NCBI GenBank assembly: GCA_027008775.1
Contig: JALVDV010000001.1
Coordinates: forward strand, 73,934-137,933
Length of the DNA stretch: 64,000 bases
Origin: Candidatus Moraniibacteriota bacterium
Lineage (GTDB): Bacteria > Patescibacteriota > Minisyncoccia > Moranbacterales > DUUL01
Direction of reading: 5' to 3'
Positions 1 through 9,284 of this stretch are shown in pieces. A program made the translations under genes and the position numbers. Each line of letters begins with the position of its first letter. Positions within the stretch are counted from its first letter, which is position 1. The notes under the pieces were generated by a model that was given only the letters and a program-made list of their open reading frames with translations, made no database searches and was not told the DNA's origin.

Positions 1-1445
1 TTATTGGCAATCATTCCTTCCACCGCCACCGTCGGATCTTTGTAATGTCCGGCATCTTGTTCAATAATCTTTTTTGATTTGGCATTGTACAACTTTACTC
101 CTCGCTTCCGCATTTTTTCCAACAACTCTTTTTTATTGCTGGGCACCTTGGAGGTCTTCTTTACCCCTTTCCCGGTACCGTGAGCCGCCGAAAAAAACGT
201 ATCTTGATTTTCATCCGTGCCCACCCCGATATAAGCGTCAGTACTCATAGAAGAGGGCATAAACAAGGGCTCACCGGTCTCGGCAAATTTGGTTCCTTTC
301 ATCCTGGTCGGCCCGAAAGCTCTGGTAGTGTTACTGCGACTAACAATAACTTCTTCGCCAAAGTGTTCTTCTTTGTTCATATAAACATGAGACATATCGT
401 AAAGAACCCGCAAAGCCTTTTTCTTGCCCAAAACGCGCTCAATCTCTTTTTCCATATGAAATTGAATCATTGTCCGGTTGGCAAAACCATGGTTACCGGC
501 CGCACGATGGGCTAGATAATATTTTTCACCCAATTCCGACTGACTGTCAATCGGATAAAACTCATCTCGCCTGGCCCAACGAGGCAAATCTTTTTCCAGA
601 GAGCGATGCCAATCAACTTTATCATTCAAAAAAGTGAAGCGAGACAATTCCAAAACCATCTTTTGACTAAAGTGTTCCTTTTGTTTGGGGGTGTAAAAAT
701 AGCTGGCATACTGACCAAACAAACCGGAACCGGTATGCAATAAAAAAACATATTGACCGGGATGCAAAGAAAATTTTTTGGCAATTCGCTCATCCAAGAC
801 TTCCTCAATTTTCATCAAATCCAAAAAATGATTACCGGCCGCCCCCAGAACCCCCAAACGAAGCTGAGCCAAACGAAAAAACAAGCGGGGCAGGGCGGAA
901 AACAAATCCTTGTCAGTCACTTTTTCCTCTCCAAACATATTCCCGCGGAAAAGGAAATTTTCATTCATTTCTTCATCCATTCCCAAATAGCGAGTTAGAG
1001 CTTTATTTCCTTGGCGGGAAATATCCAAGATTACCCGATGAGGTACCCAAGAGCCAACATAAGCTTTGGTCGGCACTGTCTCTACCAAACGCCGAAACAA
1101 TTCATCTATTTTTTTCTCCGATAAATTATCCTCACTAAAAGGAGTAGTCATCAATCGCATCCCGCAGTTAGGCGCCGTATCTAGCAACTGAGGTAGAAAA
1201 TATCTCTTGGTCGCCACCACCGTCCCGGACGGGTTCTTCCGACCCGGTTTGCGATGGATATCACTCAAAGCATTGGTATGGTGAAAAACATGTTCATTGG
1301 AAGCCACCTTGATCAACTTCTCAATCGTCCGTTCATCCGGCATTAACTCCTTGGAGATATGAAAAACCACCGGCACTCTTTGTTTGCCCCGCGGGCGAAT
1401 AATTTGTTTATATTTATTTATTTCTTCTATTTCAAATTTAGTCAT
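1..1445 (-). CDS. RtcB-family (RNA ligase-like) protein, divergent; 3' end runs off the window
   Basis: Hand translation from ATG at 1445 is open to position 1. Motifs SDIH..PG..PSGTVVAT, PNCGMRL, LGVLGAAGNHFL, HTGSG, GNHGFANR, YDMSH, GEPLFMPSSM, FSAAHGTG and EQDAGHYKD are collinear with RtcB. Not in the ORF track because there is no stop codon in the window. Confidence 0.85.
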   Translation of the reverse strand, partial: MTKFEIEEINKYKQIIRPRGKQRVPVVFHISKELMPDERTIEKLIKVASNEHVFHHTNALSDIHRKPGRKNPSGTVVATKRYFLPQLLDTAPNCGMRLMTTPFSEDNLSEKKIDELFRRLVETVPTKAYVGSWVPHRVILDISRQGNKALTRYLGMDEEMNENFLFRGNMFGEEKVTDKDLFSALPRLFFRLAQLRLGVLGAAGNHFLDLMKIEEVLDERIAKKFSLHPGQYVFLLHTGSGLFGQYASYFYTPKQKEHFSQKMVLELSRFTFLNDKVDWHRSLEKDLPRWARRDEFYPIDSQSELGEKYYLAHRAAGNHGFANRTMIQFHMEKEIERVLGKKKALRVLYDMSHVYMNKEEHFGEEVIVSRSNTTRAFGPTRMKGTKFAETGEPLFMPSSMSTDAYIGVGTDENQDTFFSAAHGTGKGVKKTSKVPSNKKELLEKMRKRGVKLYNAKSKKIIEQDAGHYKDPTVAVEGMIAN

Positions 1446-1496
1446 TTTCTTTTCCTAATTTTTAATTTTGCTTCTTCTTTTATTCCTTTCCCCCTT

Positions 1497-2750
1497 CTAC
1501 AACCTCTGGTATATATCGTTATATTCCTCCGCTACCAATTTGATATCAAATTTTTTTTGGGCGAAACGGCGAGCATTGCTGGCCAAACGCTCCCTTTCCG
1601 CTGGATTATCATAGAGATCCTCAACAATCTTAATCAACTCATTTCTGTCACCCGACTTGATTATAACAGCATTGTCATAGTTGGCAAACTCCCGCAACAA
1701 AGGCAAATCGGATAAGATCACCGCTTTCTGACAAGCCATTGATTCCGGAATTACCAATGGAACATCAAACTTTCCGTTCATATTATGAATAGGGTAAATC
1801 ATCAAATCTTGCAGGTTGAAAAGTTCACTCATATCCACTACTTCATAGTCCAGTTCATCTTCAAAAACAACCTTGGTCAACAGGCCTCTGTTTTGCAACT
1901 CGTTTTTAACAATTTCCTTTCGACGCGCATCTTTTTCATTCTTTATTCGTAATGCCAAAAACAAACGCAAAGAGGAAATTTTCTTTTCCAAACGAGCGAA
2001 AGCCTCCAAAACATCTCGCAATCCACCCAAACGAGAATACTCCCCGGCAAACATCATTACAAAATCATTTTTTTTTAATCCGGACTTCCTCAAAAGATTA
2101 GCTGATTTTTTGCGTGGAGAAAATTTTTCCAAATCAATTCCCGGATAGATATGTTGTACATTGGAAAAGCCTAAATCCTTTAATTTATTTCTACTGTAAG
2201 CGGAATAAGTCACCAATAAATCGGCAAACATATTTTTCTTGATTTCCTTGTCTGTCAAAAGATCCTCCCGCAGAGTGGGAATGGTCTGAATGGTCTTGCT
2301 CTGCCTCGGTAAAAGAAACCTTTTAATCAACCAGGTATTTAATTTGGAAGGAGTGAAAAAATATTGAACAATATCAAACTTGTTTTTCGCTTTCCATTGA
2401 AAAAACAAGGAACGCAATTTTTGCGAAAAAGTTATATCGTTTTCCGCCACCGTGTAAATGGGGTGTTGTCTAATATTTTTGGGCAGAGCGGGATTGTATT
2501 CTCGCAAATCACTTTTAGTCAACAAGTGAATTTCCAATTCCGGGTTAATTTGCGCCACATTAATAGCCAAGTTGTAAGCAAAATTTTTACTGGCCTCATC
2601 CCAAGGCGGAGAGAGAGGGCGGGTAACAAATAAAATTTTCTTTCGCACCGCCAATTCCTTGTCAATTTCCGTCGGATAAAAATCATCCAAAACTGTTGCT
2701 TCGGAAACCGCTTCTGAAGTTGATTGTAGAATCTCTTTTTTCTCAGACAT
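1497..2750 (-). CDS. Glycosyltransferase family 4
   Basis: GT-B features: IYPGIDLEKF, PLVIPESMACQKAVILSD, NARRFAQKKFD. Confidence 0.85.
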   Translation of the reverse strand: MSEKKEILQSTSEAVSEATVLDDFYPTEIDKELAVRKKILFVTRPLSPPWDEASKNFAYNLAINVAQINPELEIHLLTKSDLREYNPALPKNIRQHPIYTVAENDITFSQKLRSLFFQWKAKNKFDIVQYFFTPSKLNTWLIKRFLLPRQSKTIQTIPTLREDLLTDKEIKKNMFADLLVTYSAYSRNKLKDLGFSNVQHIYPGIDLEKFSPRKKSANLLRKSGLKKNDFVMMFAGEYSRLGGLRDVLEAFARLEKKISSLRLFLALRIKNEKDARRKEIVKNELQNRGLLTKVVFEDELDYEVVDMSELFNLQDLMIYPIHNMNGKFDVPLVIPESMACQKAVILSDLPLLREFANYDNAVIIKSGDRNELIKIVEDLYDNPAERERLASNARRFAQKKFDIKLVAEEYNDIYQRL

Positions 2751-2836
2751 ATCTTCTATTTAACCATTAGACTTGACTTTTAATATTATACAGGTAAAAT
2801 TATTTTTTCCAAAAACAAAAAGAGAGGAGGAAAAAA

Positions 2837-3070
2837 ATGGAAAACTGGAGAAAGGTGGAAATTTCCGCCGAGCAGTTATCGCTCCTGCGAAAAATTTCCA
2901 CCAAACCCAATTCTTTCCTCTGGCAGAAATTGTCAGAGGAAGAAAAAATTGTGGCCAAAAAACTGATGAAGAAGGGACTGGCCATCGGTATAAATGGCCA
3001 TCCCACGCCCCAGTATCTGAGAATTTCAGATCTGGGGTGGAAAATTCTCGGGAGATTCAAAATCTCCTGA
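2837..3070 (+). CDS. Small hypothetical protein (possibly winged-helix-like)
   Basis: Strong SD (GAGGAGG) before the ATG, upstream TTGACT..TAAAAT promoter-like sequence, downstream hairpin. Confidence 0.6.
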   Translation: MENWRKVEISAEQLSLLRKISTKPNSFLWQKLSEEEKIVAKKLMKKGLAIGINGHPTPQYLRISDLGWKILGRFKIS

Positions 3071-3079
3071 GAAACAAAC

Positions 3080-3118
3080 GGGGTCTCGTCTTAAATAAAC
3101 GGGACCTCTTTTATTTTT
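3080..3118 (+). terminator. Intrinsic terminator
   Basis: GGGGTCTCGT..ACGGGACCTC stem followed by a T-tract, between convergent genes. Confidence 0.55.
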
Positions 3119-3533
3119 TCAACCATTTACCCAAGTAAATTTTCTTCTTGTTCGTTTTTAAAAAAACTTTTACCAACAAAATTTTTTCTTTTGTCAAATT
3201 TTCCGCTAATTGGCCGTCCGGCAAATCAACAATTTTTTCCGCGCCGCTGGCTAGATCAATCTCTTTGGCAACCGTTCCCAACTCCTTTCCTTGTCCGCTC
3301 AAAAAGTGCCATTCCAATCGTCCAGATAAGCGCCGTCCGGTATGGTTTCGTACCAGCACCGCCAGGCTATCTTTTTGCCTATTGTCGGACAAACTTTGCC
3401 AAGCCAATGTCAATCCCGTTTTTTCACCGGCTTCTTCAATTTTCCTACTCCCATAAGTAAACAAAACACCACTGAAAACAATCAACAACAAAACAACTAA
3501 TCCGACTCCCAATTTTTCTTTACGGTTTAACAT
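3111..3533 (-). CDS. Hypothetical membrane-anchored protein
   Basis: N-terminal TM helix then a beta-rich region; co-oriented with the 675-aa membrane gene. Confidence 0.7.
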   Translation of the reverse strand: MLNRKEKLGVGLVVLLLIVFSGVLFTYGSRKIEEAGEKTGLTLAWQSLSDNRQKDSLAVLVRNHTGRRLSGRLEWHFLSGQGKELGTVAKEIDLASGAEKIVDLPDGQLAENLTKEKILLVKVFLKTNKKKIYLGKWLKK

Positions 3534-3565
3534 AGCAAAAACTTACAAATTAATGAATACTGGTA

Positions 3566-5593
3566 TCAGCGACTCTTGTAATCAGAATCATTCGCAACTT
3601 TGGGCAAGTCAAATCTTTCCCAAACAACCACGTTTTCACCAACATACACCGGCTGAAACTCCGGTTTTTTGGCAAAATTGACATCCTCATAACCTTTCCG
3701 GACAACAAGATATTTCGTTCCCGTTTTAGCAAAACATTTTTCCGCCTCGGCCGAGAAAGGTCGGGACATCATTTCTCGTGTACAAGTTTCTCGTTGCGAA
3801 TAAGGATCATCATAACGACGATCATAGGTTCGGGAAAGAGGGTACCGGTAGCCTCTCATAAAAAATAGCTTCATCCAAGTATCCCCGGGAAGAAAACGAT
3901 GATCCTTCAAAATAATGTCTTTTGCCGAAGTCCTTTCCGCCAAATAAACAGCCGACAAATAAGTCTGCATTACCGCCGAATTTTCAACTTCCCGATGCTG
4001 ATTGACGTTTATTTCCCGAGCCAAACCAACCACAGATAAAACTCCCAAGAAAAATACCAGCCACCAGGTTATCACCTGCTTGTTCAGTTTACTATACAAC
4101 CAGCCCAAGAAATAAACAAAACCAAAACCGGCCAACAAAGAAACAGGAAAAGTCAAATAGGTGATAATCCTCCGCGAAGGAATATCAACCATCAGCCAAG
4201 CCGGTTTCCAACTCATCAAAAAAATAATTCCCGCCCATAGCCACAACAAAGAAAGCCCCGCCAATGGCCAAATCAATTCTTCTTTCGGCCTCTTTTGTTC
4301 CTGCCGAAAACGGCGCCAATAAAGAATCAATGCCAGGAAGGAAATAAAAACAAAAATCAAAGCAAAGGTGACACGCCAAGCTCCCAAACGATCAACAATG
4401 GTCATCAGAGAAAAGCCCACTCGCGTTAATTTTACCGGCTCGCCTACAGCCGTTTTAACCGCCCCCGGATTTAAGTAAGAGGGAGTTCTAACAATCGTTA
4501 AAAAAACAATTCCCAGTAAAATCAAAAAGAGAGATGTTGGTTGCCAAAACAAAAACAAAGGTTTTTTGATGATCTGCCAAATTCTTTTGAATTTAAGACC
4601 CTGGAAGACAAAAAGCAAAGTTAACCAACCCAGCAGAAGAGCTAATAAAACATAAAGCAAAGCAAAAGTGGAAAGATGGTGGGTATAAAGCAAAACCAAC
4701 AAAGAGATAATAAACAAATTAGCGAAAACAACTCTTTTTTCTTTTAACAACAAAAGTAAAGAATAGATGGCCAACAAAAAGAAAAAATTGCCCATCACAT
4801 TGCCTACCACACCGCCGGAAACAAATTTAATTTGCGGAGGAGTTATGGCGTAAAAAACTGAACTCAGAAAAAAAATCGCCAAAGCGCTGTCCCAAACGGT
4901 AATCCGAGGAAGAGACTGAAAAAGTTTTTTCAACAGCTTGTTAAAAAGCCCGGCCAAATAATAACTGAGAGCAAAAAGCAACAATAAACTCAAAACATTA
5001 AAAAGGGATAACCAGAGAATCGGAAGGGGACTGAGATAAGGAATATGCGTCATGATATTAATGGCCGCCAAGGATAAATGTTCGCCAATAATAAATTTTT
5101 CCGAATAATGTGGTAAAGATCCTTTTATACTGATGTAATTGGCCCAATAAATATGGTGCCCCAAATCGGTCGTCTTGGGAAAAATACCATCCGCCAAATA
5201 TTTCCCTCGGATTAATAAAGCTAAACTGAAAACCAAAATAAATAAAAGAATTTGCCGATAAGAAGGGGCAATATAGTCATTCTTTTCTTTCTCGTCGTTT
5301 TTCTCTTTTTTTTCAATGAAAGTCTGTCGCCATTTTTTTCCCGCCCACAAAAGAAAACAAAGAACTAAAACCGCCAACAATAAATTCTTGCGAGTAATAC
5401 CCAGGTGAAAATAATCCATACCAAGCATCAAAAAATCAATTACCGCCACCCCCAAGCCAAAAACAACAGGAATTATTTCCCAAAAAGAGAATTTTCTCTT
5501 TTCCGACACCAATAACAACCGCCACAACAGATAACCGGGACAAACAAAAAGAAAAAACAGGGCAAAATAATAAAGCAACAATTGGCTAAACAT
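3566..5593 (-). CDS. Polytopic membrane protein, probable GT-C-fold glycosyltransferase
   Basis: More than 12 TM segments, periplasmic TTDLGHH motif after the early TMs, soluble C-terminal domain; sits in a GT locus. Confidence 0.6.
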   Translation of the reverse strand: MFSQLLLYYFALFFLFVCPGYLLWRLLLVSEKRKFSFWEIIPVVFGLGVAVIDFLMLGMDYFHLGITRKNLLLAVLVLCFLLWAGKKWRQTFIEKKEKNDEKEKNDYIAPSYRQILLFILVFSLALLIRGKYLADGIFPKTTDLGHHIYWANYISIKGSLPHYSEKFIIGEHLSLAAINIMTHIPYLSPLPILWLSLFNVLSLLLLFALSYYLAGLFNKLLKKLFQSLPRITVWDSALAIFFLSSVFYAITPPQIKFVSGGVVGNVMGNFFFLLAIYSLLLLLKEKRVVFANLFIISLLVLLYTHHLSTFALLYVLLALLLGWLTLLFVFQGLKFKRIWQIIKKPLFLFWQPTSLFLILLGIVFLTIVRTPSYLNPGAVKTAVGEPVKLTRVGFSLMTIVDRLGAWRVTFALIFVFISFLALILYWRRFRQEQKRPKEELIWPLAGLSLLWLWAGIIFLMSWKPAWLMVDIPSRRIITYLTFPVSLLAGFGFVYFLGWLYSKLNKQVITWWLVFFLGVLSVVGLAREINVNQHREVENSAVMQTYLSAVYLAERTSAKDIILKDHRFLPGDTWMKLFFMRGYRYPLSRTYDRRYDDPYSQRETCTREMMSRPFSAEAEKCFAKTGTKYLVVRKGYEDVNFAKKPEFQPVYVGENVVVWERFDLPKVANDSDYKSR

Positions 5594-5927
5594 AAATTCA
5601 TAAACAAATTAAAACCGTTTAAAGTATAACATAGCCCCAAAAATTGACAATCATCTATACCACCTAAGTAAATACCGTCAAAAAACAACTCTTTTTATAA
5701 TTCTACCATATTAACATTGAAAGAATTGGGAGTCTTTCTTAGAGTGTTTTTTCGGATAATTTGGCGCATCCTCTTAATATCCATCTTAGAATAGTGAAAC
5801 ATTCGGAAAAAATTAAAAATTTTCTAATCAGAATCAATTCTGTCAAACCTTTCCCTTTGTCAAACCTTTTCTCTTTGTCAGATTTTTATTCTTTGAAACT
5901 TGAAAACAAAATTACCTCACATTCACA

Positions 5928-5968
5928 ATGAACTACCCCGCAGCAAGCTGACGGGGAATTCTTTTTGA
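5928..5968 (-). mobile_element. 41-bp non-autonomous IS200/IS605-type hairpin element (PATE-like)
   Basis: Minus strand reads TTAA|TCAAAAAGAATTCCCCGTCAGCTTGCTGCGGGGTAGTTCAT, with the same architecture and length as the element at 21872. Confidence 0.6.
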
Positions 5969-6009
5969 TTAAACAAAATCTCAATTCAAACAAAATCTCA
6001 ATTTTTCCT

Positions 6010-6039
6010 ATACTACCATATTACGTAATATGGTAGTAT
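6010..6039. repeat. Perfect 30-bp palindrome
   Basis: ATACTACCATATTAC|GTAATATGGTAGTAT; the arm resembles the TACTATCATA arm of the 36-bp family. Confidence 0.85.
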
Positions 6040-6420
6040 CAGTATTGAAACCATTTTCATTTTTTCGTAAGTAAGAACGAAGAGTAAAGTGAGAATACAA
6101 TATTTTTTAGTCACTGATAATCCGGATATCCGACCGCAGAAAACGCCGTTATACAACCATACAATTTTGCGCAACGATAGAAATAACGACGGAAAAGATG
6201 TTGTCGGTCTGTCTTTCACCGATTTTTATTTTTACTTTAATGAAAGCGCCTTTACTACAAACCACCGGTTTTAAAACCATATTTTGCAAACAATCAATTG
6301 GCTCTTGTTTAAGGAAAGCAACCCATTTAACAACAATACCACTGCTCCGAACTGTAACACATCATTTAAAGATTTTTTACAGCTGTGTTATTATGGTGAA
6401 ATGAGATTTTTATTAAACCA

Positions 6421-7002
6421 ATGAAAAAGAAAACTGAAAATTTAGTTCTGGCTCTATTCCTGATATTTCTAGGCTATTTTTTTGGCGACATCTCAGTCAA
6501 AATAAAAGAAAGCAAAAAGCCGACTCTTCCTAAAGAGGGAACAGCTACTCAACCAGATAATGCCAAGACACCCTTTCCCGATTTAAAAACTCTTCACCAA
6601 GACCTCAGAAAAGGTCGGGTTAAATATGTTATTGACGGCGACACAATTATCCTGCAAAACAGAGAGAAGGTGCGATACATTGGTATTGACGCTCCTGAAC
6701 GGGGAGGATGTTGGTATGAAACCGCCAAGCGCTATAACCAAAGACTTGTTGCCGGACAAACGATACAACTGGAAAAAGACAAATCTAACCGCGACCGCTA
6801 CCAAAGGCTGCTGCGTTACGTCTATTTGGAGAAGACAAATCCTCCACAGAGAATTTTTGTTAACTTAGAACTGATCAAAGCCGGTTTGGCTCAGGCCAAG
6901 GAATATAAACCGGACACCAAGTATCATCACTTATTTTCCGAAGCAGAAAAAGTCGCCCGCCAAAATAAACTTGGTCTTTGGAGTAATCAATGCGCTCCCT
7001 AA
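6421..7002 (+). CDS. Thermonuclease (SNase) family, membrane-anchored
   Basis: VIDGDTI, VRYIGIDAPE, DRYQRLLRYVY, VNLELIKAGLA, AEKVARQNKLGLW. Confidence 0.95.
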   Translation: MKKKTENLVLALFLIFLGYFFGDISVKIKESKKPTLPKEGTATQPDNAKTPFPDLKTLHQDLRKGRVKYVIDGDTIILQNREKVRYIGIDAPERGGCWYETAKRYNQRLVAGQTIQLEKDKSNRDRYQRLLRYVYLEKTNPPQRIFVNLELIKAGLAQAKEYKPDTKYHHLFSEAEKVARQNKLGLWSNQCAP

Positions 7003-7021
7003 AAAGCTGATAAAAATAAAA

Positions 7022-8173
7022 TTACAAATTTTTCAGAACTTCTAAATAACGTCTGCCAATATTTTCCCAACTGAAGTTCTCCAAAGTATAGCGACGCGCC
7101 TGTTTAATAAATTCCTCTTTCTCAAATCCCGGAGATAGCACTTCTTCAATTTTGTTTTTCCAAGCCAAAGAATTCTCCGGTTCCAACAGAAAACCGTTAA
7201 CGCCGTCCTTAATGGCGTCTTTTAAGCCTTGCAAATCGGCTGCCAAAACTATTCTCTTACAAACAACTGCCTCCAAAGCATTGATGCCAAAACCTTCCGC
7301 CGAGCCTTTAATTTCAATGTTGGGGCTAATATACAAATCAGCCGTATTAAAAAGAATATTCATTTCTTTTTGCGGAACATTGGGAAACAGAATCACCCGC
7401 TTCTCCAAAGAATGTTTTTTAATATATTTTTGACAAGTAGTGTAATTTTCTTTGTCTCCGGCTGTTCGTGGATTATAACCGCCGGCGCCCACTAAAACAT
7501 AATCATCCGGCAAAAGAGGCATCACCTTGTCAATAAACCAATGTAATCCTTTGTGCGGAACAAAACGTCCCACTCGCAAAATAATTTTTTTGTCAGCGAA
7601 AAAAGAAATATCTTTCCCGGTTTTTCCCGCCAAAAGTTTCTCCAATTCCAACCGACTATGAGGTTCAAAAACTTTTTCCACATCAACCCCGTTGGGGATA
7701 AAAACACATTTTTCCCTTTCAATACCCAACTTCACCGCTTCCCCAATGGCATAATTGCCAACCATAATCAACTTGTCCAGACTGCGCAAAGCCGGAATAT
7801 TAAAAAATTTATACACCTTTCCCAAAAAGGTGTCTTGATAAACATAAGTCAAATCCAGAGCGTGAATAACGCTGACAAATTTTTGTCGTCTGTAAAAAAA
7901 ACGGAAAAATCTTCCCACCGGCGCTAAAACACCGTCACCAAAAAGAACAACATCATATTTTGGCAAAAGAAAAGGCAACCGTCCCATTAATCTCAATAGA
8001 AAAAAAGGCAGATTTTTTTTACCTTTTTTATTGGCAATTATCCTGGTTGTCGTTAATTTACGTAGAGCTTTCCCTAAGTTATAATTCTGGTCCTCAATCC
8101 CTCCCAGAACGGGCGGATAGGCTCGCGAAATAAATAAAACCCTCAGATCTTTTTTGACAATATCTTTTGACAT
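7022..8173 (-). CDS. Glycosyltransferase family 4
   Basis: YPPVLGGIE, IPNGVD, GRFVPHKG, EGFGINALEA; start set at MSKDIV. Confidence 0.92.
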   Translation of the reverse strand: MSKDIVKKDLRVLFISRAYPPVLGGIEDQNYNLGKALRKLTTTRIIANKKGKKNLPFFLLRLMGRLPFLLPKYDVVLFGDGVLAPVGRFFRFFYRRQKFVSVIHALDLTYVYQDTFLGKVYKFFNIPALRSLDKLIMVGNYAIGEAVKLGIEREKCVFIPNGVDVEKVFEPHSRLELEKLLAGKTGKDISFFADKKIILRVGRFVPHKGLHWFIDKVMPLLPDDYVLVGAGGYNPRTAGDKENYTTCQKYIKKHSLEKRVILFPNVPQKEMNILFNTADLYISPNIEIKGSAEGFGINALEAVVCKRIVLAADLQGLKDAIKDGVNGFLLEPENSLAWKNKIEEVLSPGFEKEEFIKQARRYTLENFSWENIGRRYLEVLKNL

Positions 8174-8184
8174 TCTCCGAAGAA

Positions 8185-9159
8185 TTAACTCATTTTCCGC
8201 CGACGCGCTTTCCGCCAACGACGCAACTTTTCCCGGTAAGCCAAATACTCAATCATTTGCCGATTGGTCTTGGTCATATCGGACAGCAGGGCAAAGACCA
8301 AAAACTGTAAACCGACCAAGAAGAAAGCGATAGCTACCAAAAGATGATTGCGGTAGGGCGTAATTTGCAAGTTGGGTAAATAAAGATAAAGAAAAACAGC
8401 AAAAAACACTCCCGACAGAGATATCAAAACCAAACCGGGCAAACCGAAAAATTTCATCGGTCGCACATCTCTGATGGCCTTAATAATAATTTTAAAACTG
8501 TTATTAACAAAAGACCAAACACTTTTCACAATCCTTGATTGTCGGTCCTCAAAATATCTCACTCTGACCGGGATCCATTTTAGTTTCAATTTTTTTCCGA
8601 TGGCGTCAATAATCGTTTCCTGAGTGTAGGTAAAACCGGTCACCTGATTCAGGCGCAACAAGGCCTCTCGGCTGTGCGCTCGAAAACCGCAAGTCAAATC
8701 ATGAATTTCCACATTCAAAAAAGCTCCCACCACTTTGGCCGCCAATCTGTTCAAAAAACTTTTCAAAAAGGGAATGCCTTCCGCCGTTCCCCGATTAAAT
8801 CTGTCGCCAATGGTAATATCCGCCTCACCACTTAAAATAGGAGCAACCATTTCCGGAATCTGTCGGGAATCAAACTGACCATCGGCATCAATATTAACCA
8901 TTAAATCAGCCCCGTTATCTATAGCGCTTTCCACCGCCGTGTTGAAAACCGCTCCCAAACGACGGTTGGTGGAATGGGAAACAACAATATCGGCGCCGGC
9001 CTCCTTGGCCACTTCAGCCGTACTGTCTCGCGAACCATCATCAACCACCTGCACCAACACCTCGGAAATTCCGGCTATCTCCCGCGGAACACTTTTAACG
9101 GTCTTGGCGATATTCTTCGCTTCATTGTAAGCGGGAATATTTACTATCAATTTTTTCAT
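8185..9159 (-). CDS. Glycosyltransferase family 2 (polyprenol-phosphate glycosyltransferase-like)
   Basis: IPAYNEA, VDDGSRD, DADGQF, DLTCGFRA, two C-terminal TMs. Confidence 0.92.
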   Translation of the reverse strand: MKKLIVNIPAYNEAKNIAKTVKSVPREIAGISEVLVQVVDDGSRDSTAEVAKEAGADIVVSHSTNRRLGAVFNTAVESAIDNGADLMVNIDADGQFDSRQIPEMVAPILSGEADITIGDRFNRGTAEGIPFLKSFLNRLAAKVVGAFLNVEIHDLTCGFRAHSREALLRLNQVTGFTYTQETIIDAIGKKLKLKWIPVRVRYFEDRQSRIVKSVWSFVNNSFKIIIKAIRDVRPMKFFGLPGLVLISLSGVFFAVFLYLYLPNLQITPYRNHLLVAIAFFLVGLQFLVFALLSDMTKTNRQMIEYLAYREKLRRWRKARRRKMS

Positions 9160-9284
9160 AAGAATTTGCTTAAAAATAAATTTCTGCCTAAAAAATACCT
9201 CCGGCCAATTCTCAACAATTTACTTTTCAAACTATTTTTCCTTTTCAACAACCATTCTTTGGCAACAGTCTGTCAGCGCCCTCA

